Below, piece after piece: positions 1-14,100 of a DNA stretch of 64,000 nt (within the stretch, counting starts at the first letter, position 1; every line of letters begins with the position of its first letter). Source of the stretch: Octopus sinensis (Eukaryota); assembly GCF_006345805.1 (NCBI RefSeq), contig NC_043016.1, forward strand, positions 21,452,001 through 21,516,000, read 5' to 3'. A model generated the notes under the pieces. It saw only the letters and a list, made by a program, of their open reading frames with translations. It had not been told where the DNA came from and ran no database searches. The position numbers and the translations under genes were made by a program.

Positions 1-324
1 ATTCCTGACAGATTTTTTTAAACACCAAGAATTTGCTGTTCAAATACTTTAATATAACAGGTATTATTTCTTTCCAACTTAAATAGAATTTTTTTTTTTT
101 TTTTAAATAGACTTGGCATTCATTAATAATCCACCCAAAATTACACTTGCTCAAAGCTGCCTCTACTAATGCATTCAATTTATAAAAAGCTATATCTTTT
201 TATATTAGTGATAATATAAAAATCTATGTTGTCCAAATTGTTTTGGTCATTTTTTCCCTCATCCTATTATCATCATCATCATCACCAAATCTACTGCCAC
301 CACCACCACCACCATCATTGTTAT

Positions 325-490
325 TAAGGCAGTGAGCTAGCAGAATTGTTAGCATACCAGGCAAAATGCTTACCTTCTGAGCACAAATTCTGCTTGGGTT
401 GATGAAATAATTACCAGTTGAACACTAGCATCAATATAATCGACAAGATGCTATCCCTGAAGTTGCTTACATTGTATCAAAATTTGAAAC
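325..490 (+). mobile_element. Degenerate tRNA-derived SINE
   Basis: aaggcagtgagctagcagaattgttagc...aaaatttgaaacc; related sequence recurs at 3710-3815 and 23795-23915. Confidence 0.55.
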
Positions 491-1932
491 CATTACTACT
501 ACATTCCACTCTTTTCAAAAGTGGATACCTGATTCAGCATTAGCTGTAGTGACTTAGGATATATTCACTAAATGGTGTGTAAAATTTAGAAGACTATGGA
601 ATATGAAGGGGAGACTTGCAGATTTGCTGGAAAAAGGATAGTAGCGCTAATCAGTATGACCTGGATAACAGTTTAATATAGAAATTATCACTTCCATAAC
701 ATAATCAATGTAAATATTTTTCACTGGTTTCAGTTAAATTAAATTTGCAGAATACTTACAACTTATGTCAACAAACATGCATGGAAGCAGATTGCAAATA
801 GAAAAGAATGGTCAGTTTATATTAAAAATAAATAAAATGAAAAGTTGTTTAACAGTCCAATGGTGATAAGAAAATTTGTTAGCTCATGCTTACTGAATTT
901 GCTATCTGTATCAGATTAGAAATGACACACCATTTGCAAACCTCAACTAAGATAGATATATATGTAATTAGTGTAAAAGCTGCCTGGTACGGTGACTTTT
1001 AAGCTAGCTCCTGTGAAAGGCTCTTCATTAGGCCTTGGGCCCATCAGTGTCACTTCATACATTGAGTGCATATTAAATTTTATTTTCAGGCAATGAACAA
1101 TTTTCATCAAGCGATATAATTTGTCGACTTGGAACTTACTGCATCTTATTGCAAAGCTGCATGATAAACAACAATTTTCTTTTTCTATCTAACCTCTTTC
1201 TTTCTCACTCCCTTTCTGTTGATTGTTTCAACCATCACCACCACCACCACCACTGCAATTGCTATACACCATTCAGACTTCTGATGTCGCCATCAATACT
1301 TTTGACTTTGCCGCTTTCTCCTCCACCACCATCCCCACTGTCTTTCGCATTGCTTACTCTCACCATCATCCCTGACCACCACCACCACCACTACCATCAC
1401 TGCTGCCCCTGCCTCAACTACAGGGCATACTATTACTATCACCCCATTACCATAAAAAAAAAAAAAATGGCTGTGTGAGTTCATTCAGTATGTTATTCAG
1501 TGTTCAGTCCCGCTTTCTCTCACATACCCACTCTTTCTCCCTTATTATTACTCCCACTGCCACCATCTACACTACTACTTTTAATGAAAACATTAACTCT
1601 CCCTAAATTTTTTTGTCTCTCTTTCTCTCTGTCTTTGCCACCACCCTTACTGCCTCTATACCTACTATACTCATAGTGAGAGAGTGGGGTGTCTAAATGT
1701 GACGCACTGACACACAGAAATTAGTTTTTACATTTATTATATTAGATGTAGACTTATTAGACAAAAAAGGGAGCTATTGTCTGGTTACTTAACCAGATAA
1801 TAAGTCATGACAGTACTTGGTTTTGTATATAGTAAATATAAGTGTTGCCAATGCTTTGTTACCCTATATGCTTTATCTTTCTATATGAACAAGTAATAAA
1901 ATTAATAATTGTTTTTCATTTTATATTTAAAG

Positions 1933-2184
1933 GTACTAAAATATCTGATATTTCAAGACCTAAGATGGATGTAATTGAAGTTACTAAGTTATTACCTAAA
2001 AGCAGTCAATATTCAGCCGTGGGAATGAATTTCAGAAAATGTACTCTTTGTGCAAGCAGTTCTGTTTTACAAGAAACAAAATCATCAATAGAAATTACTT
2101 CATTGAGGAACTACTCCTTTCGAGTTGGTTGGGGACCTAATTGGAGTTTTGTGCATGTTGGTCCACCTATTAGTGAAGTAAAAG
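1933..2184 (+). CDS. NUP98: Nup96 exon (phase 1-1) ...NYSFRVGWGPNWSFVH...
   Basis: taaag|GTACT acceptor, AAAG|gttagt donor; conserved SFRVGWGP motif. Confidence 0.92.
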
Positions 2185-5100
2185 GTTAGTAATTTAAGAA
2201 AGTATTAAATGGAAAGCAGTGTAATAATGCTGGTAAGACTGAAAATTAAATATCTGTATTTTGGTTGTAGTCATTCTTGGCTATCTAATAAAAATTCCAG
2301 AAAAAACATTGGATATAAACTGTTATGATATTTGCAGATATGGGTAGTATTGCAATAGATCAGTTAATCAGCCTGACTACTCTTCCTGATTGTTACCCCT
2401 TCTAATACCAACCTGCCTGAAATTGCAGCAAGTTCTATGAAACAAATTTACTGTTTTAACCCTTTAGCATTTAAACCGGCCATATCCGGCCAAAAGTGTT
2501 CTGCCTGTTTTATGGTCAAACTGGCCAGATCTGGTCTCTCACACCAACCCTACAATATCGTTTTAAAAATTAACAGCTACCTCATCAAAGTCTCATAGCT
2601 ACAAGATAATGCATAATTAATTCAAAACAATGTGGATAAAAAAGCATTAATTTTGGCAGAATGATGCGAACACTAAAGGGTTAAATTGATTTAAATTAAA
2701 AATAAACCTATCAAAATTTCATGCTAATTTATATTCAAAGCACTAGCTTAATAGTGACAGTGTTATTTTACAGCATACTTCATTATTTGCAAAATTAAGT
2801 GAAATAAAAGCATTGTTTATCAACAGAAATATGTTAGCAGAAAGGTCAATTTGGATTAAACCATGGTAAAAATCAGCCATTCTCTATAAAGTAGTAGTGG
2901 GGAAGAAAATCATGCCACAAAAAACTGTGCTGGAAATGCTAATATCAGGAAAGGTTGGAGTGAAGTGTGGCTCTCAATGGACAAAGTCATGGTTGTTTAA
3001 TAATAAGACCAGTCTAAATTCATGATTGTCCCAGAATTTAAATGAAACACATAAGGGTGGAAGATATTTTAGATAAAAGTATAATAATAAAAGGGTTAAA
3101 TGAAGGTTGTAGCAGTAGTGATGAAAGTAGACTTATGCATGATAGTTTCAATTACTGCAGGTGATTAGCAATCCAGTAAAACTGGATTATAGGACCAGTA
3201 ATTAGATATAGCATCTGATTTATTTAAAAAGTTAGGTAGGTTTTTTTTTTACATTTTCTTTTTTTTCTTTTTTATATCAGCAGCTACTCCAGGGAATAAT
3301 TTTTCCATTTTGTCAGCCATGGGAAAAACAGTATCTAAAAATTGTATCGTGTCAATAGAGAAAGTTAATGTGTCCAGTTATCTGACAAATAATGATCAAT
3401 CTGTGAAGGTAAGTTACCTCGTTTTAATTACTACTAGCAGTATCACCCGGTGTTGCTTGGATTTGTTTCGACCCTTTAGAATTGGAATTTTTGAAAAGTA
3501 AAATTTTGCATTATGCAACTTATTCTCTTCAAGTGAACATTTTTCCAGTTGAAATACACTGAAAAATGGTGACACAGCAGTCAAAAATCATAAAAAATAG
3601 GGATTTTCATAGAAAAAAAGCACTTTTTTGATCTAAATAATTTTTGGTGTTAACATGGTCCAATTTGAATTTTATCTTCTACAGAATGAAGAGCAAGCCT
3701 TCTTCTATCATAGTACCAGTTACGCACTGGGGTTGATATAATCGACTTAATCCGTGTGTCTGTCCTTGTTTGTCCCCTCTGTGTTTAGCCCCTTGTGGGT
3801 AGTAAAGAAATAGGTATATCTGGTCTTTTCAAAGCATATCTAATTAGAATTAATTTAAAAAAAAAAATTAATTACTAACTTCTGAGGCAGTCAGTATTCT
3901 TGCAATTAGCTATTCATCTCCTACCAAACAGTTCTTTTGGATAAAGAAACATCACCGTAAACTGTGCATATTTCTTTGGTTGCTTGTGAGGCATTTTTCT
4001 CTTTACAGAAAAAGAAAAGTATTAAGTGCCGAAAAAGAACTTTCTTATCTTCTATTTTAAAGGGTTACAGAATTAACACAGGTTGTAGGAGCATAAACCT
4101 TCTTCCATGAAAAGATAGCTTAAACTGTGCTCTAAATGGAGGTGTAGTCAAATCCTATTTTATGGACTCAACCATGTTCTAAAATAAGTCAAAATGTGAG
4201 CTACTATAAATCAGCACGAACTTTCCGGACAACCCAATATTATTGCTGCTTGTAATAGAAACTTTTTTGACATGGAAGCAGTAACTACTGTATTAATGTT
4301 AACACATTCAACATTAACATTCATGATTGATCAATGTATTTGATGTAGTTAGTTTGTCATAAAGGAAAAATTTTATATAGCAATTACCAAGTTGTATCTT
4401 TCTTAAAATATCTTAATATTAATAGTTAGCTGTTGGATATTTTCCTTTTCTAATTATTTGACCACAACTTTCAACCTAAGTACGATTAGCTTAAAAATCC
4501 AATTAACCTAGAATTTTGAGACTAACTCTTTTTTTTTTTTTTTTTTTTCGTTTTTCAGTCTCAACAGAAATGGATGTTAGAAAATCAGCTGAGCCATTCT
4601 GTATCCAGTAAAGAATATATAAATCCACATTTTGCTCCAGAATACGGGATAAATGCTTTATGTAAATATGCTGAATGTGCTGCTCAAGATGACAAAAATA
4701 TGGGTATGGCTCCAATCATTGTTGCTTTTGGTGGTTTTATAATACATAAATGTTATCAATCATATTATTCAAGTTTGTTGATTGTTGAGATTTAAAAAAA
4801 ATAATTACTAATTCTCTTTGCATCCATATTTTATCCTACAAAAATGTTTGATGCATTTGATATATTTTAATATTCTTTTTATTGTGGTCTTCAGCTTCTC
4901 ACCCAGACTATCAGCAAATACATCATATGAAGATTTGTTGGGATCTCTGTGTTGCACTTTGGGGAAAACCTTTAGAACTTGATAGAGGTATTTAAAAAAG
5001 TTTTTTTCAAATACTTCGGAATAGATTGGCAATATAAAGAGCATATATTTATAAATTTAAACTTACTTTTTTGTGTATCTTAGTCACAGATATCGACACA

Positions 5101-8100
5101 GATTATGAATATCACCAAGCCAGAAAAGAAGCATTTTCTCGATGGTTGGCTGAAACTGAAGCAGAAACAATTGCTAACGAAATAGAAAAGAATTCTACTA
5201 AAGTAAGTCACAATAATTCTACTAAAATAAGCTCAGAAAATAATTTAATCCATCTATTTGTCCATTTTCTCCTACTATTCCTGGGAGGGTTGATATGATA
5301 GAGTCCTAAGCACCCCTACATTGGGTGCTATCAGAAACAACTATCATTACACTTTTTGGCTGGATTCCCAAGTATGACCAACTGAAACTATGGATATCAT
5401 CCAACCATTTCATTCTTAATCTACACCTTGGTTTCCTACTGGTTGACCCCAGCTTGAAGAATCTGTTTGTGTTTCTTTCCTGCAACATTTTAATTGGGAA
5501 AGAAGATATGACTTTCTATTGTGGAGAAGTAGTGACTCAACATGGAGAGACTCTCCTACCTCTGAGTTATGACTCCTGTTTAATATCATTAATCCAAAGA
5601 TCCTTCAGAGGAACCCTGTTTAACACAAAATTGAACATGAACTTCTTGTGCAATTCATGAATGCACAGTAATAGTATCTACAATAAATATTGTTGGTTAA
5701 CCAGATTTATTGTAAAATATAATTTGAGTGAGTTAAGATATGGTGACCTAGCAAGTCAAATGACTATGCAGAGACTTTTTCACTATCTTGTAGCTCATAT
5801 TGGTACATACAACTTTTGTATAGAATAGTTGTGAATTTTATCTCTTTTTGGACTATGTAGTTTCTTCAAAAACTTATGTTGAAATGTTTCAAAATAAATG
5901 AAAAGTGTTGAATGAAGATATGGGGATCTTTAGCGGAGGAGACATTGATTCTAAGTTTGTTAGTTACATCAGACCATACTATAAATCAAGCGACATCGCT
6001 ATTTTTTGTGTAGCTGTTATAAGAACTGTTTCAGATGAACAGCTCAGCAAACTTCAATATAAGAATATAATCAAATTTGCAAAGATGAGCAGTGGCAGAA
6101 AAAGATATGTCTTTGTATTTAGTTATCTACTTTGTTTCAGTTGTTGGACTGCAGCCTTGCTGGGGTTTTAGTCAGTTATATTAATTCCTGTACTTACTTG
6201 AGTCTGGTACTTCAGTATCAAAATGGTAATATACTGGGACTTAATCACAGAGCACTATGTTTTTCAAGTGATGTCAACATAAAAGTAGGTATATAGAAAG
6301 AAATATAAACATTATCAATTTCACTCACAAGGTATTGACCTAAGATTTTTCTAGAAAACATTTGCCCAAGATATCATGCAGTCGGACCAAACCCCAGACC
6401 ACATGGTTGTGAAAAAAGCTTCATAACTACAAAGTCATTTTGTGACTAATGTTGCAATTCCTAATATTAATTTATTTCTATTTCAGGAGAATGGCAACCT
6501 ATTAAGTATTACAAGTCACCTGAGTGGGCGTCAAATACAGGAAGCTTGCATGTTGGCAATAAAAAATGAAGACAAATACTTAGCTTTGTTGCTTGCACAA
6601 GCTAGTGGTTTTAGTAAAACATATAAACATTTTATGCAGTTACAACTACAAAATTACAATAAGCGGGTTCGTATACTTTTTATTCATTTTTTATACATGT
6701 TTGTCATTAAATAGTTTCTAACATTTTATGTAAAGTTCAGATAAATGTCATTAGATTTACTGGAACTATTTTACTTAAAAAAATTTTCTTTTTTTATTAC
6801 TATCGTGTAGGCTGGTGCACATATATCTAAAGAGAGGTTGAAAATCCTTGGGTTGCTCGCTGGAGAGATGATTTTTGAAACTTGTGGTCAGCAAATCAAT
6901 GTGTGTGAAAATATGAACTGGAAAAGAGCACTTGGATTACACTTTTGGTAAATTTTTCTTCAATGTTTTAGTAGTCCATTAGACAAGTGAATTATTATAT
7001 ATAGTTTAGAAACAAAAGTTTGTGTGAATCAGCCTGTAATTATAAGATTCTTCATGACAATTTGGAGTTGTAAATATTTTTAAAAATTCATCGTGGTTGA
7101 TGCCAGTGCCACCTTGACTAGCTTCCGTGCCGGTGGCATGTAAAAAACACACATCCAATCATGGTCAATGCCAGCTCCTCTGGCTCCTGTAAAAAGCACC
7201 CACTACACTCTCGGAGTGGTTGGCATCAGGAAGAGCATCCAGCTGTAGAAACATTGCCAGATCAGATTGGGACCTGGTGCAGCCTCCAGGCTTCCCAGAC
7301 CCCAGTCGAATCGTCCAACCCATGCCAGCATGGAAAACGGATGTCAAACAATGATAATGATGATTTTCCATGTTCACATGGATTGGGTAGAATTTGGCAT
7401 GGTAAATTTAATTTTATAGTCAATAAAGATGATGGCAGGATAAAATATACAATGCAAATATAAAGTCAGGATACAAGAGATGTATTAATGAGGGAAGGGT
7501 AAGCGTACTAGAGAAGTCATACATTATAATATGTAATTATACCAATAATAATAATAACAGCAACAATAATGACAATATAGAGGTTGTTATGTACTTATAA
7601 GGCATTCAAGAGGATCTATTTATGGTGCACTCAGAGTACATATTGTCCAGTACACTTATCACACACAAAGCTTTTTTTTCGTTAGTCTGCTTGTGATTCT
7701 ACTACATTTCTTGTGTATCTATATCTTACATTGAGTCCAGTACAATGTCTGTAGTTTTTACTTACATTTTTTCTGTATATTGAATAAGGCCATTTTCCTG
7801 AAAGTACCAGGGTCCTCTCTTCTTTTCTACTTACTAAAGCCTTAGTATGTGCTAAGTCTACCTTGAGATCTCTAGGCTTAGTTTCCATACCTAGTTTTTT
7901 CTAATTCTACTATAGTTTCAGCTATGAGAACAGTATCATCAGCATATTGGTTAGGTTAAGTTAAGTTAATTTTTTGGCTCTGGAGTTATATACAGGGAGG
8001 ATGTTCATGCAAAGAGTTCAGGCCATTTCTGGTCAAGAGAGACTTTGAACCGAGCGGTCGTCGGCATCTTCACTATCTCGTCTGGCAGCTTATTCCACGG

Positions 8101-11100
8101 ATCAGCAACCCGGACGGAGAAAGCCCCTCTACTTCGATTGAGATGAAATCGTCGCAGATAGAGCTTTTCGGAGTGACCCCGCAGCTGACGCTCTGGAGCA
8201 GGAGTGAAGAGCAGCTCTTTCGAGAGGTTACACTTTCTGCTTATGATGTTGTGAGCGAGAATGAGATCACCACGGCGGCAGCGTTTTTCTAGAGAATAAA
8301 GGTTGAGCATCTTCAGCCTTTCTTCATAAGACAAATGCTTGAGACCAAGAATCATGCGGGTAGCCAGCTTCTGGACTCTTTTGAGATGATGTATGTCTTT
8401 GAGGAGATAATGAGAAGAGGCTTGCATCCCGTACTCCAATATGGGTCTCACCAGCGTGACATAGAGTGGTAGGAATATGGCTGCTGTGAGCATTCCGAAT
8501 GACCGTCGAATCAAAACAGAACTCCGCATGCTTTGTTGGCAGCATGGACGCACTGGAGTTTCTTAGGGACAGCCAGTCTTAAACTCTTGTATGATGGTCT
8601 GTAAGACTATGAGGATTGAAGGCTGAACCTTAACGAACCTTTACCTTCACACTAAGTATCACTGCATCTTTTGCATTTTTGTTCTATGAAGTAGAGCTTC
8701 GGTTCTGAAATAGCTGTTATGCAGGGATGCTTCTGTGTGTGGTGGTATCAAAAGGTTCCCGGACTAGTAATGTTAAATAAAAAAGTTTTAAGATCATCTT
8801 CTTTGAAATAGTCACCTTGCACAGCAATGATTTGTTCTAGGTCTCAACGACATTGTTAAAACAGTGACCATTGAGCTGCCTTTTCATCTTGGGGAAGAGA
8901 TGGAAGCTTGCAGGCGCTAAATCTGATGAATAGGGCAGGTGCGGAAGCAATGCCATGTTGTTTTTGGCAAGAAACTCATGAGTGAGGAGAGCTTGGTGAC
9001 GGTGCATTGTTGTCATGAAGAATCCAATTCTTCACACTTCACAGATCCAGTTGCTTTCATCAAATGTCGTCCTCCCTCAAATGCTTTAAAATGTCTCAAT
9101 AGAACTCTTGATTAACATTCTAGTGGGGGCAGGGGGGAATTCTCAATGTACAATACCATGGATGTTGAAAAAAAACAACATGGAACATTCATCCGCTTTT
9201 GAAGCACCCATTCCATCGGAAACATTGCTTATGCCCCGTTGCCTTGTTGCCATAAGCTTGCTGAAGTAGGCCCAGAATTCCTAAATTTAATGCAAAATTT
9301 CACATTGGGCCTTTGTTCCAACTTCCCGTCCATCACAACAATCATCACAGACTACAGTATACACATGATCACAAGTAAACACAGTGATGTCACTTGACAC
9401 ACTGCTTCATGAAGATCACTACTAGCTCTCAATGCACATGCAACTGGGTGATGCCATCTGTTGGCACACTGCAAAACTAGTCTGGGAACATTTTAATACC
9501 ACCTTGTATGTACATGTGTGTGTGTGTATACATGTGCACACACATTTACTTACACATTTTTGTAATACTCTTTTTATATATATATTTTTTAATACTCTGT
9601 TTTATTCTTATTTTTCAGGTATGCATGCAGTCCAACATCTGTAATATTTGAAGCTCTGAAAAGATATGATGCAGCTCAAATGGGAGATAGTCAATGTGGC
9701 AAATATGCTAGGTCACCAGTTCCATCTTACTTAGAGAACGATGATACTGACTGTGACTCAGTGAAAATATACGATACATGTTATCATTTATTACAACTTT
9801 ATGTAAATAAAGCTTATCTTCTTGAACGGACCTTATCACCAGCATCAACAACAGTCAACCATCTTGATTATAGATTAAGGTCAGTAACAATTCTATATTT
9901 ATACTTAATGAATATCTAAATATATACATAGAGAGAGCAGGGCTGGTGAAATCATCTCTTTGTGCACAATCTTTTATTGAAATAAGTTGTTCTTAATTTT
10001 TTATGAAATTGTTTGAAACCGTATATGTTTTAAAGTGATAGCATGTTGTCAACTTAATGTGACAGTCCCATAAAAGGGAAGAATGCTACTGTTATTTAGC
10101 CCTAGGAAATACCGTTTCCTGTTGGACTTGACACATTTCCTGTGTCCTTATCGTGCTGCTACTGCATAAATCTCTCTGAGAGATTTAGAAATATACAGTT
10201 TCTTTCTGTATATGTTTTATTATGGCTCATTATAAAGACAAATGGGCATACACTGCTTTCATTTTGAGATATTGCATTTATTTTTAATTTATTGAAATTA
10301 AATCTTTTTGTCTCAATTTCATACTTTTTTTCTCCCCTTCAGTTGGCATCTATATCAAGTATTACAGAGTCTTGAATATAATCATTTATCCGAATACCAG
10401 AAAGAATGCATAAATCATAGCTTTGCAGCCCAACTTGAATCACTTGGTCTTTGGGAGTGGGCAATTTTTGTTTTGGCACATATAAACGATGAAAAGAGGT
10501 TAGTTTTATGACATTTTGTCAATTTTTTTTCATCTTGTTCTTTTATATTGTTAAGCAGATAGAAGGGACACATCCCATGACTTTCACAAGTCCTTTTAGA
10601 CTGGTAATGTTGATGGTTTTTGCTATTTAGCTTCGGTGAGTGAGAGAAGGAAGATAATAAATGGGAGTGGGTGTAGTATATGCCTACTCTGCTCTCAGGT
10701 GATCACAGTAGCCAAAGAATACAAGAGATAGAGAAGTGATAAGTGCTAGGGAATAAATGACTTGTGGTGGGGAAGCTTTGACAGGCCTGTGAGAATGGAG
10801 GTGGGGCAGAGCATTTACCAAGCACAACAAGGCACCAAATATTTCAGTCTGTTTTCATCTCCTTATGGTTCAGCATCTTGAAGTCAGCCTTCAACATTTT
10901 GTTGCATGTTTTCCACTTCCACAAGTTCCATTCACTTTAAGTGATCAGCACTTCTTTATGCAACTATCCTCGTCCATACACATTACATGATCAAACCAAT
11001 GTAGTCTTCTTTCTTGCACACTACATTTAATTCCTTTCATGCCTAACTTTTCTCTCAATACACTAGCACTCAGTTGTACATGTATCCTGACATTGCGCAG

Positions 11101-14100
11101 CGAACAGAGTATACTGGCTTCATTCCTCTTCGCATGTCTCCTGCATTTAGGGTCCTTGCTGCACTATGATGTAGCATTGCTTTTTATACACAAGCATCAT
11201 TCAGTCTTCTTTTCACTCAGAAGGAGATCTCTGTTGTCATACATATGGCCTTCCAGCAGTTTCACATAGCTGTCTGAACTTAGCTTAAGGCCCTTTTCAA
11301 AGATGTAGGGACGAATTCCATCAATGTGGATGCAGCCAGAATGTCAGTTGTGCCCCTTTTTGCTGGTCACTGCTTTGTAGTCTCTATTGCAGCTGTACAT
11401 CTGATACCTTTTACAGTGTTCACAGAGCAATGAGCAGTAGTCATGATGTCTGCATTTTGATACCCGACACAAATCATCATGATATAAATAATTCTGTCCC
11501 ATGTCCTCTGCAGTCATAACTCGTTTCACTGCTATGTTGCATGACTTTTCACACACAGGTATCATACAATCTGCCTTTTGCTGAGGGAGGAGGCTCTTTG
11601 TTACCAGAGGTAGAAGTTTCCTGAACTTTACCCAACCCATTCTTTCTCGCAGCTACATTCTCAGGGCATCCTCCTCTGCCTGGTCACCTAGGTAACAGAA
11701 GCTATCTACCACTTCTAAGTATCCCCCTTGGCATTTGACGAAATCTATTTTCTGTACATACCTAGTGTTTATTGTACCTGCACATCTATCACACATAAAG
11801 ACTACTTTCTCTGTTAGCCTTCTTTTGATACTCCTGCATCTCTTATGTGTCCATAGCTGGCACTGGGTACACCGTATGGAGTTTTTACCTATACCTTTTC
11901 CACTTATTGAGCAGGGCCGTCTTCTGAAGGGATTTGTGATTAGTCTATATTCCTACTTACTATGACTTAAGGCTTTGCTAAATTAACTCTAAGGCCCTTT
12001 GATTCTAGACCTTGCTTCCATACCTATAATTTTTTTCTCTAGTTCTGGTAGTGATTCAGCTATAAGAACAAGATCATCAGCTTAGAGGAGCATTCAAGGG
12101 CAGCCAGTCTTAAATTCCTCTGTTATGATCTTGAGGACTAGACAAGATGGAACTGAGAACTGATTCTTGGTGAACTCCTACCTATACACCAAATTCATTA
12201 CTATTTGTTGCTGACGTTCACCTTACTGACTGCATCCCTGTACATGGCTTACACACACACATTTAGTATATATGTTTTTTGTCTCTCCCTACTGTCTTGC
12301 CAGTCTTTCCACCCTATCTATTCCTCTATATATAAACATGAGTGTATTTTTTTATATTTATATGTATGTTTATATGTTCCTGTAAATGTGTGTATATATG
12401 TCTTTTGTTTTATTCCAGTCCATTGTACTAGAAATTTCATTAGAGGTTTGTTATGCGTGAATAAAATTCTTAAAGGTTCATATGCTTTCTCTGAAGTATT
12501 GTTGCCTTGCTGGCCTTATATTGAAGCTGACTGTTGAATACTATATTATTTGGTTATTTCTTAATATATTTTTTATTTTACCTATTTTCACTTATTCTTG
12601 TATTTGTTTACATTAGAGATTGTTAATTCCTTAAATTTTTAACTTAACTGATAAGAAGCAATATATCTTATTTTCTTTTATCAGCCAGTTCAACCTAATT
12701 TGGGCCTTCCATATATTGTATATTTAAATGGAAATTTTGTGTTTATAATTAGTGCAGAATTGTTGGTGTAACCATGATGTTCTGATGATCTCATGAGTTT
12801 TAATTTATGAATGTACAATATTATTATATAATTTTATTGTGTAATGCTAAGCACACACATTAATGCGAACATGTATGCATAATTTCTTCCATTCTGAAGT
12901 TAACACTACATGAAAATCTTTTAGCTGCTGCTAGGTTTCAAACATTCATAATATATTCTTTTTTTTAAAAAAGAAGAAAAAATATTTCTATGAATTGTTG
13001 AATTCTTTATAAATTGTAGGAGAAAAGCTGCCGTCATGGAAACACTTATGCGGCATATATCTTTATGTCATGATACTGAATATTTAGAAAGAGAAGCCTT
13101 TATTATAGAGAGATTTTTCATTCCAAGAGAATGGGTTCATTATGCAAAGGTTTGTATTTTTAATTACTTGCAAATTAGTCCAACCCATGCTAGCATGGAA
13201 AGCGGACGCTAAACGATGATGATATATAAACACTTTAGGTATTTTTAGATCTGAATTAATTTTACTATCTTATTTAATGATTTCTTCAGTATGAACAATA
13301 TTTTCACTTACATTTAACCCTTTTGTTACTATATTTCTAATCAAAATATTACCCTTATGTGTTTCAATTAAAATAAATGTGAATGTAGACTGGTTTCATA
13401 AAACAACTGGAGCTTTTTTTTCTTTATATACAAACATGCAACAGTGATGTTTCTGTGTTTGAATGTAACTTACGTAAAGTGTTACCAGTTTTAGCATGTT
13501 ACCAAATAAATAGACAGTGTTGAAAGTCAATGAAACAGTTGCATCTGTGAGACATTGAGAAAATAAATCGAAAAACTATATTAGAACAAACAACGTAATT
13601 TATTTGGGTTGCAATGAGTGTAGACAATTGTTGTATGTAGGTGTCAAGGAAGGCCATTGGGCCTACTATTACATAACTGGGTAAAAGCATAAAGGTAGTA
13701 AGAAGTTTACACAGGCTTCCTCCTTCTGTAGATAATAACGGGATTTGCAATGCAAGCTTAATGTAATCACAAAGTTTACAGGGTTAAGATGGGGAAAATA
13801 ACGCAGCTGTTCATGCTGAAGTAATGCTGTCAGGGGTAGTGTCCTTCCGAAATCCAACTGAAAATAGCTGTACTCTCCTTGAGGTATTCTGCTAACTGCT
13901 GGTTGATTGACTGGAACAGAGTTTGTTTACTGACGGTCATGGTGTTGAGTTCTTCTGCTGACTCACTGCAAAAGGCACACTCTTTTCTCTTTTGTAGAGA
14001 TGGTGAGTCATGCATCTATGTGCGAGACAATATGGCTGGCTGCACACTAGGCACATCACACATAGATGGAAGACCACTACGCCACAGGAAAGTAGTTCCA

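Noticed and set aside
1-60. Possible additional upstream NUP98 exon ending ACAG|gtatta
   Set aside because: One short open frame (IFLNTKNLLFKYFNIT) has no recognisable Nup96 similarity and cannot be supported.
1149-1478. Poly-His/Pro ORF
   Set aside because: (CAC/CAT)n microsatellite in an intron; no splice or homology support.
13830-14015. Minus-strand ORF with CAFC motif as a nested gene
   Set aside because: Short, with no splice signals; the adjacent plus strand is better explained as a GIY-YIG remnant.
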